64,000 bases of DNA from Octopus sinensis (GCF_006345805.1 NC_042998.1:87606001-87670000); one strand, 5' to 3'. Shown: positions 13,115-26,271, numbered from the stretch's first letter. Notes: generated by a model from the letters alone, not told the origin. Numbers and translations are program-made.

Positions 13115-16100
13115 TAGTTAAAATTTATAGAAAAACAAAAGATGAAGGCCGGTGTATGAACAAGCAGGTGTATTATTTTGACGCTCGGCGAAGTGAAAAA
13201 GTCTTTTACGTTACAGAAAGGAATAAGAGAAAATAAATAGAGAGAATAAAAAGATACCATATGGTATCAATGAAGAGAGAATGTTGGTAGGAGTGAAAAG
13301 CGGAAGTAAGTGTCACAGCACGAGAGGAGAGGCGTGGAGTCCGATAAAGGGAGGAGGGGAGTTGAGCCCATGTGACGCAAAAAAGCGAAGAGGGGAGGTG
13401 AGCCCATGTGACGCAAAAAATCGAAGAGGGAAGATTAATTTCAGTTCATGGCAAAGGTGGGAGTCCGGATGACCCCTGTGCAAAAACAGTCCGAACACAG
13501 AGACCGGTGTGTCATTGCCGAGTCTGATGTCTCGGAGGTGCTCTGCGAACCGGTTAGCCAAGCGACGTCCCGTTTGACCGATGTATAGAGAAGGGCAGAA
13601 AGAGCAGGAGATGCAATAAATGACGCTGCTAGAAGTGCAGGTAAAGGAGTCGGTGATATGATAGTGACGATGATGTGTGCCAGTGAGGATGGTGGCGATG
13701 GAGGGTCGGGGCAAGTACAACAGCATGGGTGGGAGCAGGGAAACGAGCCAGGCTGGGAGGTGGGGTTAGATAAGAAACTGTGACCAGGAGGTCACGCAGG
13801 TTGTGGGGTCATTTGAAGGAGGGAAGGGTAGGTTGGGGAAGATATGCGAGGTGGAGAGGTCGGACTGGAGTCGCTGGAAGTGCGTTTTGGAAGGGCAGGG
13901 TGGAGGGGTGGTAGGTCGGGGAAAATGAGAGACGGGCAATGGCGGGCGGATGCGGGAAGAGAGAGCAGCGGCACGGTCCACTGAAGTATTCTGGGAAGGG
14001 CCGTGTGGATAGTGGGGAGGGTACATCCACAAAGGATGAAGTGGCGAGCTATTAGTTGAAACTGTGTCTCAAAGTCTTGGTTGTCACTACAGAGCTTGCG
14101 CAGACGGGGGATTTGGGAGTAGGGAATAGAGAGCTTGGTGTAGGCAGTGTAGGAGGAGAAGTTAATGTAGGAGTATGAGTCGGTGTGTTTGTAGTAGATG
14201 GAGGTAGTGAGAGCGGAGTGGTGTATGCTGACAGAAATGTTGAAAAATGCGAGGGAAGTGTAGGAAATAGTCAAGAGAATTCGATGCCAGGATGGAAGGA
14301 TTGGACAAAAGGAAGGAAGGAGTCTAGCTGTTCGCGGGAGAGTGAGGTCGCATCAATACAGTCGACAATATAACGACTGTATAGTTCGGGAGTGGAACCA
14401 GTGAATCGTGAGAAAATTTGGGCTTCAACGTAGCCAACGAACAGGTTCACATAGTTGAGGCCCATTCTCGTTCCTATGACCACGCCTAAGTACTGTTGGT
14501 AAAAATCACTCGCGAACGAGAAGCAGTTGAAGGAGAGAACAAGTTCGGCCAGACGAATAAGTGTGGAGATTGGGAGTTGGACCGAAGGTCCAGAAAGTAC
14601 TTAAGTGCAAGAAGTCCTTCGTTGTGTGCGATCACCGTATATAAACTCTTGATATCTGGAGTGAAGAGAAGTTTAGAGAAGCCAGAAGGGAAGTAGAAAG
14701 AGCTAAAGTGACAGAGCGCATGGTTAGTGTCGTGGATGTGGAAGGGGGAAGCCACTAGTGGGGCAAAGATACGGTTGAGGTATTTAGAGATCAATTCCGT
14801 GGGGTAGTTACAGGAGGAGACGATGGGGCGGCCAGAGTTGTTGCGCTTGCGGATTTTGGGAAGGGAGTAAATGGTTGGGGTGCGTTGAGTGCGGACAATG
14901 AGATTTAGAGACGGGAGGAGGAGACGGAAGGATGAGATGAGGTCATGGATCGTGGAGAACACAGTCTGTTAGTAGTTAGACGTGGGGTTGGAAGGCAGAG
15001 GGCAATAGAAAGAGGTGTCTTGAAGTTGGCGGAGAGCTTCAGCCTTGTTGAGTTCTATGCGCCAAACCACCACGGCTCCACCTTTGTCGACCGGTTTTAT
15101 GATGATGTCTTTGCAGCGTCGGAGACATCGAAGGGCCGAGAGTTCGGCCGGGGAGATGTTAAAATGTCGGAGACGCATGCGAAATTTGAACCGGTCCACA
15201 ACACGTTGGCAGATGATTGCAAAATGATCAACTGCTAGGGACTGGCCAGGAGCTGGCGTCCAGTGAGATGGTCGGCAGCCCAGGTCAGTGAAGCAGTCCT
15301 CTTCATTTGATGCAGGTGGAGAGTTGTGGAATACTGCATATAGTCTGACGTGGCGCACAAAGCTATGAATATCAGCGCGGGTCTGAAATTCGTTACTGGA
15401 TAGAGTGAGGGGGGTGAAGCGCAGACACTTACCGAGAAGAGAGCGTTCTACCTCAGAGAAGGAGAGATCATAGGAAATGGTGACAACAGACTGAAGTGGA
15501 GAGGGGTGGTGGGGCAGTGGAAGGCTGGGAAGAGACAGAGGAGGAGTAATGGAAGGATGGGGTGAGGATGAGGGGAGTTGATCGGAGACGGAGAAGTATG
15601 GGGGAAGGGTGGATGTAGTGGCATCGGGTTTGACAAAATGAAGGAATGAGTGGAGTTTATGTTGTTTAGTGCGAGCGAGGAACTGGTGGAAACTATGATT
15701 TAAATGGATTATGAAGCGTAGAATGGAATGTGCTACGGATGGTGAAAGACAGGATAAAAAGGTGGAATAAGCGAGAGTGAGAAGGTGAACGATGGTGTGT
15801 ATTTTGGAGAGATTAGAACGAATGGTGGAACGCCTAAGGCGGTAGAAGTTGTACGGAGTATAGGTAGGATGGCAAAAGCAGAGTGGAAAGTGGGGTAGAA
15901 ATAGAGGTGGAAACATTTGAAGATGAGGTGGTGGTGAAGCAGCGACTGAGAAAGAAAACATGACTACAGAAGCGTGTCTTTTTGAAATCAGTTGGGAAAG
16001 ATTAATAGAAGGTTGAAAGCAACGGAAAGGAAGCGTGGAAAGGTGTGTCTTTAGGCGGTGGTGAAGGTGGAGTAGGAAGGATTTATAATCGGGCATGCTG

Positions 16101-16200
16101 GAAAAAGAATAAAAAAGAAAAAAAAGAAAAAAGAAAAAGAGAGAGAAAGGCAAAGCATGAAAAATCAGAAAGTTCAAGAAGTTCATATATATATATTGAG
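13115..16200 (-). mobile_element. Penelope-like retroelement (RT plus GIY-YIG endonuclease), pseudogenised
   Basis: RT motifs IYSLPKIRK..GRPIVSSC, DIKSLYTVI, GTRMGLNYVNLFVG and YIVD (catalytic YIDD mutated). GIY-YIG motif SVIYCISCSFCPSLYIGQTGRRLANRFAEH. Multiple frameshifts. Confidence 0.92.
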
Positions 16201-16216
16201 ACGCATCTGTTTCTGG

Positions 16217-16283
<67 letters not shown>

Positions 16284-16514
16284 TCTTTTAAGTCTTTTAT
16301 TATAGATAAGGGCATTACAAGAAATTCTGGAGTTGTAGTTTCTCCTCTGTAGAAAAATATGATTATGATAAAATATGAACAAAGTAGACAGCTTTTTGTG
16401 AATGATCATAATGAACATGATGACTAATCTCAATATGAATGCTGGTAAGTTTTCGAAAATGCATTAATCCTTATGCATCAAAATGACTAGATAATATACT
16501 TTATACAAAGCAAC

Positions 16515-16822
16515 GCGGAGGCACATGGGCTCGTGGTTAGAGCAGTGGACTCGCAGAGAGGTCACGGGTTCGAATCTCAGACCGAGCGATGTATGCGTTT
16601 ATGAGCGAAACACCTAAGCTCTACACGGCTCCAGCAGAAGGTAATGGCGAACTTCTGCAGACTCTTTCGCCACAACTTTCTCTCACTCTTTCCTCCAGCA
16701 TTTAGCAGCTCACCTCCGATGGACCGGCGTCCCGTCCGGGTGGAGAACATATACGCAAATGAAACTGGGAAACCGGCCCTTATGAGCCAGGCATAGCTCG
16801 AGAAGGAACAAACAAAAACATA
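16515..16822 (+). mobile_element. tRNA-derived SINE
   Basis: Box A-like tgggctcgtggttagagc and box B ggttcgaatc, followed by a non-tRNA body and an A-rich end. Confidence 0.8.
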
Positions 16823-16984
16823 CAAGTCAGCAATAAGCCATATCAGCTGATGAAGTTCCCTTCTGCTATTTTCATTTGCAGAAGTTTTAACAACATTAGA
16901 AAACCAGTACTTTCCAAGACATAGTCTTGATAAATCAACAATTTAAGTTCGAGATATATGGGATCTAAAAGTTTGACATGCTTG

Positions 16985-17135
16985 AGATTCGGTTCTATAT
17001 TAAGTGATGAGGAATTATGTACATTATTTACATTATTTACAATTAACGATTCGACTGATATACCCTCCAGCCTTCATCAGGTGTCTTGGGAAAATTTCGA
17101 ACCTGGGTTCTCATTCCTAAGGTACTTTTCGATGT
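16985..17135 (-). mobile_element. PLE pLTR-like relic with a degenerate hammerhead core
   Basis: Minus strand reads acacCTGATGAA-GGCTG-gagggtatat-CAGTC-GAATCGTT. Confidence 0.5.
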
Positions 17136-17173
17136 TGCTGCTGCTGCTGCTGCTGCTGTTGTTGTTGTTGTTT

Positions 17174-17208
<35 letters not shown>

Positions 17209-17229
17209 CTTCTTCTTCTTCTTCTTCTT

Positions 17230-17260
<31 letters not shown>

Positions 17261-17283
17261 TTATTATTATTATTATTATTATT

Positions 17284-17520
17284 GAGTGAGAGAGCAGTGC
17301 ATGCCATCAAAGTGACACTGGGGTAAAATATACGAAGCCCAATATACCCATCATGACTACCCGTCTGATAAAGGTACACCAGGCACATGCATCACAACCA
17401 TATGTGCGCGACATGGTGATCTCATATCAAGAGAAACAGCACATGACCTTGCAGGTGGGGCCCAGTTAGAATTTTCTTCAGGTTCAGTAGCCCATCCCGC
17501 TCAAAAGGTCCCTGAATAAG
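17284..17520 (-). mobile_element. Truncated copy of the ~550-bp (TAA)n-associated non-coding element
   Basis: Near-identical to 36435-36670, 58365-58600 and 61962-62200. Starts at gagtgagagagcag beside (TTA)n. Confidence 0.9.
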
Positions 17521-20373
17521 AATACGTTTTGATTTATTAATACTTTATATTTTAACAATAAATGTTGCAAATATTCATCGTTGGTGTCTGTAGGATGTTG
17601 GCGTGCTATTCCTTTTACACTTTTCTTGCCCACTTTAAAACACTGTGGAATATTTATTTTCACTGGAAATCAAATACTGTTAAGCCAGCTGCTTAACAGT
17701 ACTTGATATTTGAAACATAGTCAATCTTGCAATATTATCGATCAGAATATAAAATTCAGTTTTCTAAAGTAATTTTGGCTTACGTAATTGTGTCTACGCG
17801 TACGCATCTTCTTCCACGTCTTAAGTTTAGTTCCCATCACATGATCTTACGTTACATCTTTGACTCCATTCCACATATTTCCCCATTTCTCGCATAACTT
17901 CCTCATATAATCATATGAGATTTTCTATGCTAGATACCTCCACATCTAATATACTATCTCAGGCTTGAATGGCTATGTTGCAAGTGTCGTGGTTAATATT
18001 TTATACCAAGCGGCTGACATTTTAGGTATGTAAATAGCCCATTCACTCTGTTTCCTGTGTTTGCTGTTAAACTCTAAGATTTTGCTATGCCTGTAATGTG
18101 AGATGCAAGAGTTTAATTCTTTCAAGTATATCTGAGGTTTAATTCTTTCAAGTATTCTGTTCTGCTGTGTAGAGGAATCCTATGTGATTTTTAAGTAGTT
18201 TCTATTACTTAGAGGAGAAATAAAATTACAAGTTGTTTGAAATGGTCCAAAATATGTAGCAGCTTCCAAGATTCACTCAAGTGTGTGGTTTCCTTACAAA
18301 TTGAAAGTATGGAAACCAAATGAGATGAAGCAGTTGATGATTGTCATTAGACATTGTTGTAGTGTATTCACTTAGGAACCAGTGTACTTTCATACAGCGT
18401 TTTACTGTCGTATACAGAGAAAGTACTTTTCTAATAAGTTCATACTTAACAGAAATTTCTCTTTTTATTGCTGCAATTTATAAACATAAGAAATCTTTCT
18501 TTAGAAGACAAACTAATGTCGTGTCAATGTGATTGCATTTACTAGGGCTGCTTCCGCAATAACTGAAATACTTTGAAGACCTTATTCACAGCGAAAATAT
18601 GTTGATTTAAAAGGTTAGAACAATCTGAGATAAGCTCGTTGTGTGACTCTGAAGATAAGAAGTGGACTTCAAGACATTAAAAATTTTTCAATTATTCCAG
18701 TAGTTGTAGCATGATAAGATTTTCGATTATAAAGCACATTTAAATTTAATTAAACACTTTAAAAGTACGATTCTGAGACAGAAAAAAAGTAGTGAATAAA
18801 AGCGCTCACGAGAATCCAGCTATACATTTGTCGTAATCCAAACCATCGTGCTAAATATACACCAAAGCCTTTAGGTTGTATTGATATATTCGTGGGTGGA
18901 TATTTGTATTATTTATAATTTAACTAAGTAGAAATTATATTTAATGAAAATAAAATTGAAAAATGAAACATGAAACGATCTGTCTAAAGCCTTAGGTAAG
19001 TCAGCTGCGAAAATATCGAGGATTCTCGTGTGAATAACGAGATAGATCAGTAGCTTGTTTAGTGACACTTTAGAAGAGAGCAGACGGAATACTGTGGTTG
19101 TTTAGTACAAGATCGACTAAATTGCGACACAGATATGGTTCAATTCCCCTTGGTGGTCATGTGCACGTTGCTTCTGTCTTGGTCTCATGATAGTAAGGTA
19201 TTTAAGTCTTTTTAAAGTTTATTTTACAAAAGATAATGTTAACCGTTTACTTTATCATCTTGTATTCTAGTACGTTGATGCTTGTTTTAAAATATCGGCA
19301 TGGAAAATTTCAGAAACAGAAACCATGACAAATTTGAAATGTTTTCTAATTCAAAGTTTATTTTATATATTATTCCTTGTGACTATTTCTCTTTTACTGT
19401 TGTGAGATACTAACAATTGGTTTTCGCCAATTTATACAAGAAAGATATCAAACAGTCAAGGGATGAGAAAAGTTCACATGACAAATAGCAACGCGTCTTT
19501 CTTTCGATTCCAACCAAACTATTCTGTCTTCTTACAGTCCTCTATTAGTGCTTTGGAAATAAGGTTGTGTATTTATGCTCTTTGGAAAATATTGTAAAAT
19601 GCAGTCACTTGGTGATCTACCGATCAAACACAGCAGTAAAATGTTTAAAACGTTTAATTTTAATGTTCCTTTCACTTCTGTATTTTCAGTATCATGTTTG
19701 AAATCAGATTTGTGTTTATACAGTTGCTAGTATCCTTCTTTATGCTTTAGACAGTTCTCTTGATCAGTTATGATGAATTTATGCATGTTTCATTGCATAA
19801 AGTTACATTACCGTCATATTATACTGTCGCATGAGTCACATCACATGAGTTGCTCAATCATTGTTAAACTATCTTCCATCATGAGTATTCTACTCTTTCC
19901 TTGGGAGGAGTTGTAAATTAGATTATGTAAAAGTTTACAATCGAAAGGATATCGCCATTACTTTAGATGGAGAAAGATATTTTTTTTTTACCTAACTGGA
20001 GAATAGAATTCCTTAAACATCAGTATTTAAGTATTAAAAAATCAAATATAATTAACTCTACAGAAAACTTCCTTTCACTTTTTCAACTAAATTTAATGCA
20101 AATGAGAGAAAGAGTAAAGAGGTTTTTAAACGTTTCTATTCACCTTCAGGAAAAATACTTGCATTAATTTAATAAAAATTCAATCCTTTATTACTCAAGT
20201 AATTTGCGATGGGATTTGAACTCAGAACGCAGACTTTATTCGGAACAAAATTTTTGCTGCTTCACTAATACACAGCTTAAGATTGGAACTTTCATATTTA
20301 CTTCGAAACGATGAAAAAGTAAAGATGGCCTCAGTGGCATTTCGACTCAGTCAAAAACAGATAACGTGAAGTA

Positions 20374-22352
20374 GGATCTTTTCCTTTTGAAAGCCAGATT
20401 TTCCTAGTTAACTAAACAATTTGAAACTTCGTATACTGGTAGAATGTGTCAAAAGAAAACATAATTGTAAACCAAAATGAAAACGGAATTGTAATTTCTA
20501 AGTTGAACGTTGTTTAAAAATTCGAATTTTGACCAATGATATTCTTTCTTTCGGCCTCATATTATTTACTGCTTCTCAAAATATTGTTACTGTGACGTAA
20601 ACAGCTATTTTGTGACGTAGTTAACATAGCTAAAATGTAAACATCACCGTCCCATATAACCAAGTCCTAAACAGACAGAATAATAATAAAAATACGGCGG
20701 GCTTTCGAAATAGCTGTCGAGAATAAAATGAAATTTCGATGGTAAATTTTTGGAGGGGTTTGGGTAATTTTCGTCACTCTAAAATACATGTAATTCGCAT
20801 TAAATCTTATTTTTCTGAAAAATCCACGTTTTAAAACAGTTTAACTGCCCACCACTTCATCGTGCCTTTGGAGTAGGTGTCACACTTGGGATGGTCAAAC
20901 CTAGAATACCTTTCATCATAGGTAATTGCTTGGAGTTCACCTTGAGAGCTAAAACTATATATTTAGTTTCGATATAAAAATAAAATTGCACAAAATTTTG
21001 GCACAAGACCAACAATTTGGGAGGAGGGGTTAATCGATTACATTGACTGGTACTTAATTGATCATGAAAGGTAAAGTCGACGACGACGGTAACGTGAGGA
21101 GTCGGAAGAAATGCCACAAGGTATTTTGTCCGACGCACGAACGATTTTGCCATCTTGCCCCACCCCCTTCCTTAATAATATTTCTTTCCCCAGTAAGTAC
21201 AAGGCCTGAAGCTGATGGGAAGAACTAGTCGATTGTATTCAACTGGTACTTATTCTATAAGCGCCGCCCGAAAGAAGGAAAGCTCAGCAATATTCGAACA
21301 CGGAACGTAAAGATTCGTAAGAAATGACGCTAGGCATTTTATCCGATGCACTACCGATTCTGCCAGCCTTACATTATATTTTTCGTCGAAGTTTAACTAT
21401 GTCACCTTGATGATATTTTTTACGCGTGGACAAATAATAGATAGATAATGTGGATCAGATGATATTACATGCTGACAAGGGCTTGGTAAAGGACTGTTAG
21501 AATGTTTAGGGATACGGTCCTATACATTAAACGTTTCAACCCTCACCGAAATTCAAAACAAGCCGTCTGTTCTTCCACGGTCGAGAAAATACATCGATCA
21601 AGTATTGGAGATCGATATAAATGATTATACCCTCCACTCACCCCAAAATATATGCTTTGTGTCTATAATCAATATTACAAATATATTGTTATTGCTATTT
21701 AACTCAGGTCATCCTGATAAACCCGGTTGAGGATCAAAAGGTTCCAACTATGACCAACCCGTATTTTTGCGCCCCCCCTTTTTTTTCGGATATAGCATCT
21801 ATGATTATATTATTCCTTTAACCCAGTAGTATATGGTTTTAAGGGGATTTGGGTGTTATTCCTAGCACATTGACGAGCGAAAACGCAGAGGGGTCCTGAT
21901 TATGTGCGAGTATGCGTATGGATGGGTACGTGTGTATGTGGGTGCATACAAGCCAAATAACCGGTTCAAGGCGTGTGTCAAACTGAAGAATCAAAGCGTG
22001 TGCACAAGTTTATAGTAATTATATACATTGTATAGAGAAAACACCCGAAGCCTATACAAAAACACTGAATATGTGTTTATTATTCATCCAAAGTAAACAG
22101 TATGTGTGTGCTGTTTACGTCACAGTAACAATATGTTTAGACTGAGCAAATAATTTCAACTCAATACAGAGAATACGATTGGTTAAAATTCGCAGATTTA
22201 AACTACGTTTAAACTTATAAAATACATTTTTGTCAAAAAAACTAGTTGAAATTATTGTTTTCTTTTGACACATTCTACCAGTATACGAAGTTTCAAATTA
22301 TTTAGTTAACTAGAAAAATCTGAAAAATCTGGCTTTCAAAAAGAAAAGATCC
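20374..22352. mobile_element. Putative non-autonomous DNA transposon with ~230-bp imperfect terminal inverted repeats (unclassified)
   Basis: 20374-20605 is the imperfect reverse complement of 22110-22352, including an exact 25-mer atattgttactgtgacgtaaacagc. Confidence 0.6.
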
Positions 22353-23320
22353 CGTGAAGTATTCTGTCCGATGCTTTAATGACTCTATCAATTAGGCGCT
22401 ATAATTTCTAACCTACATTGTTACTGTTAATCTTTTCTTCTGTCTCTCGATGGAATCTGACTATAATTGCTTTCGAACTCATCACTGCTACAAAACGATG
22501 TCTTAATTACTCAACCAGATCACCCTAATGTGTTATCGTGCTTTGTTTATATACAAAAGAAAGGGTGAAATGAATATAGGAATGAAGAAAGTTTACGTAG
22601 TAAATATGATAGCTTTCACACTGGATTAAATATAAACATTACGTATACATAACTGAAATTCAAGTGATTTATTTGCATTGAGTTAGAATAAGTTATAGAG
22701 AAAATTAGTTTTCATAACACACACACACATGCCACCTATCTAACCATACATACATTCATGCATACATACACTTATGCATTAATGCATTTCCTATTTGCTG
22801 TATTAGTATAGAGCGAGAGTTATGAATAAATGAATAACTATGCGGATTCATAAATCTGGTTGAGAAATTACGCCTACAAGGAGTTTTGTTTACAGTTTGA
22901 TAAGTAGATTTATGCTACAGTCGCTGACGGCTCATGAAGAGGAGAGGATGTGAGCGAACGCATAAGCGTCGTTAAATGATAATAAAGCCAGTAAATTGCA
23001 TTATTATTATTTCACAGGCATATACACGCCCTCACAAGTATACAGAGAGACATATACGGACGCACATATGTTTACATTAGGATACACACGCAAGGGTGCA
23101 CACGCAAAAAATACACTGCCAATGGCCAGCATGTAAACTAGCTAACCTGAGTTACATCTTTTCTCCGGTTTTGTTCATCTTTTCTCCTCTCTTCACAATT
23201 TAAATTCTATTCCGATGAATGAGAATGTTCGAAACGTCGCAGCGATTAATTTTTTCAATTTCTTTCAGAATGAAACTAATATTTTAATTGTCAACTTATC
23301 CCATTTTTTTTGTTCTATGC

Positions 23321-23429
<109 letters not shown>

Positions 23430-23699
23430 TGTACACACACACACATATATATATATACATACATACAAATTTACATATATATATATATATATATCTATTA
23501 TACATACATAAATACATACATATATGTATGCATACACACATACATGCATGGTGGTTATCTAATCTTTATGCAAAATCTGACCACCTCCTGTATCTACAAC
23601 TTAGATCCATCATGGCGTCTGTTGAGAAGTTTTAAACCAAACAATGTATTGAAAAGACACCCACATAGATTGCATATCCAATTTGGACCACCAAGAACT

Positions 23700-24130
23700 G
23701 CAGTTAAGTTCTGATCTTCGTGGATCTTAAAATGTCTTTAGAGGTCTCCGTTAGATTTGCAGACCTTATGGCATACACAGCATTGAAAGGTGTACACAGA
23801 TATACACGCAGAATAGTTATTGGAGGTTCGTTTTTCATGGGTCCGCAAATGAGATTTGAGCCCAGCAAAAGAAAGGCATGGTCTGTCACAAACTTTACAC
23901 ACAGAAAGATCATTGTGGTTCACCTCGATTGTAACTTTTTTCTTTAAATCTCTCTTGAGTCTTACATGCGTTATCCTGGCTTCTTCAAACGCTTGTTCAC
24001 CATCCAGCTCGATCCGAAGCAAGATTCTCTGGATCCATTCTAATTCACTTCATAGTAGTCCTTATGCCGTCCTTAAACCTCTTTTTAGGTTTACACCGAT
24101 AGCGTTACCCCTCTGCAAGCTCACCATAAA
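23700..24130 (-). mobile_element. RTE-clade LINE 3' fragment with C2H2 zinc-finger motifs
   Basis: ORF 23738-24022 contains CKVCDRPCLSFAGLKSHLRTH and CCVCHKVCKS; upstream RFKDGIRTT-like RTE tail. Confidence 0.65.
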
Positions 24131-24149
24131 ACAGCTGTTTGGGTGTGCG

Positions 24150-24392
24150 TTCAACCGCATTCGATCATGCATACATATTGAGAAATCTGCAGTTACTCTA
24201 TCCAGATTACAAGTTCAGGATTATAACTGTAATTATTGGGGCCCTGAGATATGTAACACACTGCCTAAATACCAATCTTGAGAAATTAGGCTTCTCAAGA
24301 CCAGTAGAGAGAGAAAGCTAATTCGAAGTCTACTGATCCAATCCACCACTGGAACTAAAAATCTGTAAAACTTTCCAGAAGTTTATCATTTA
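24150..24392 (+). mobile_element. 3' end of an REL-endonuclease non-LTR retrotransposon
   Basis: LRNLQLLYPDYKFRIITVIIGALRYV...LGF..., then TKICKTFQKF* after a frameshift. Confidence 0.6.
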
Positions 24393-24962
24393 AATATATC
24401 TGAGCATGTCTAGATATGCAACTACATGCATGAGAATATATACATAAAGCAAAACGTACAAATCTGCATATATACATACATACACACACACACACATACA
24501 TACATACATATATACATACATACATACATACATACATACATACATACATACATACATACATACATACATACATGCGTACAAACAAGAATACCCTGTTGCT
24601 GATGTTGAAAATCCAATGAAGGAAGCTTGGATCTAGGGTAGGAAACGGCTCTTTATTGGCAAGAAATCTTGAAATAAAACTGAACAATGACATAGGTAGA
24701 TAGATAACTAGATAGACACATACATACATACATATGACGGCGTGGCCAAACGAAAGAAAAATGTAGATTACAGAATGTAAGCCTGAAAGACAGGTTTTAG
24801 TCGCTTAGAGCCTAATGAAACCGTTTTAAGTAATAAAACAGTTTGATATTATTACTTTTTGAGTACCTTTTTCTTTCATTCGTCCACACCCTCGTATGTA
24901 TGTATGTATGTATGTATGTATGTATGTATGTATGTATGTATGTATGTATGTATGTATGTATG

Positions 24963-25105
24963 CAGGCGTGGCTGTGTTGTAAGAAATTTGCTTCCCAACC
25001 ACATGGTTCAGAGTTCAGTCCCACTGCAAGGCACCTTGGCTGACCAAAATCTTGTGAGTGGATCTGATAGACGGAAATTGAAAGAAGCCCGTTGTACGTA
25101 CATAC
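24963..25105 (+). mobile_element. tRNA/CORE-type SINE, partial and internally deleted
   Basis: Homologous to 46838-47000. Confidence 0.85.
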
Positions 25106-25107
25106 AG

Positions 25108-25143
<36 letters not shown>

Positions 25144-25159
25144 TAGACTGAATGAGATA

Positions 25160-25900
25160 ACAAAGCCAAGGCTGTGAGGAGCTTTCATGACATGTATAAT
25201 GAAATAGTCTTACAGCTGTTTCTGGGATATTTTGGATATTCCTTCATCAGAGAAGTTGTGAGAAAATATTTGAGTTCGAATTATTGTAGAAGAGGAAGAG
25301 ATAGGAAATATAGAGGGAAATAACAGAATGAAAGTAGAAACAAGATATATAAAGATATTGTAGTTGCAGTTCCACTATTCGTGGAAAATGGTGTATAGAA
25401 GTGGAAAAAAGTTTCCTGTACATGGTATGTAAGTTCTAACGGCAGTTCATGTTAAGCCATTTCAAAATATAGAGCTGTGGAATCAGTGTTGCTCGTTCGA
25501 AAAAGTTTTGTGGTGTGAACGAAAATTGAGAATGTAGTATTTGTGGATAGAAGCAGGGAAGAGAGATGTATATAATTAGAAAGAGGAGATATGAGAGGAA
25601 GAAAGAGATAAAAAGAAAAAAAGAAAGTGAAAAAACAAAAAGTGAAAAGAGTGAAAAAGGTGATAAAAAGGAGTGATAGTTGGTGGTCAAGATAATGTGA
25701 TGGGAAGTGTCGGGGAGGGATAGGAAGAGCTGAGAAGGTAAGGTGTAAAAGAATGTGATATGTGAGTAGGGGTGATATGGCAGAGCTATATTAATGGATG
25801 GGTAAAGAAAAAGTAGTAGTGAGTAGTTGTTTTAGAAGTAAAATTTGAACTGAAGGGAAGAGAAAAAATGCACAGAAAATGTATGTGTTGGGTGGCTGTC
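25160..25900 (-). mobile_element. Degenerate PLE 3' end with pyrimidine-rich tail and minimal hammerhead motif
   Basis: ERATLIPQLYILKWLN resembles a GIY-YIG C-terminus (E..LI..L.TL.P.GLN). Hammerhead-like motif at 25207-25254. Confidence 0.5.
25207..25254 (-). ncRNA. Minimal type I hammerhead ribozyme-like motif
   Basis: Minus strand reads tct-CTGATGA-AGGAATAT-ccaaa-ATATCCCA-GAAAC-AGCT-GTA^AGA, with palindromic stem III (ACAGCTGT) and a 3-bp stem I. Confidence 0.55.
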
Positions 25901-26046
25901 TAATACATATAGATGCATGCTAATACAAGACTCACATTAGACTCCTCACTCGTATCATTATAGAACCAAGAGTTTAACTACGATCTGTCCGTAGCACTTA
26001 CTTAGCGTTACCCGACACTCTTTGGGTCTTCTAGATACCAATACCA

Positions 26047-26110
<64 letters not shown>

Positions 26111-26218
26111 CATAGATACAGAGAATAAGTCCTGGGGTCCATTTGTTCGATTAAAGGCGCTGCTCCAGCATGGCTGCAGTCAAATGACTGAAACAAGTAA
26201 AAGAATAAAAGAATAAAA

Positions 26219-26271
<53 letters not shown>

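Noticed and set aside
16515-16600. tRNA gene
   Set aside because: It has A/B boxes but no complete cloverleaf and continues into a SINE body, so it was called a SINE.
17780-18130. Possible RTE or CR1 3' fragment on the minus strand
   Set aside because: Similarity is too weak to assign without an alignment.
18985-19750. Splice-site-like strings (AG|gtaagt at ~18995, ttttcag| at ~19690)
   Set aside because: No open, recognisable exon could be linked to them; such strings are expected by chance in AT-rich DNA.
23205-23240. ccGATGAA...ttcGAAACGTC hammerhead-like string
   Set aside because: The core is mutated and there is no convincing stem I or II. A similar weak string near 50040-50060 was also rejected.
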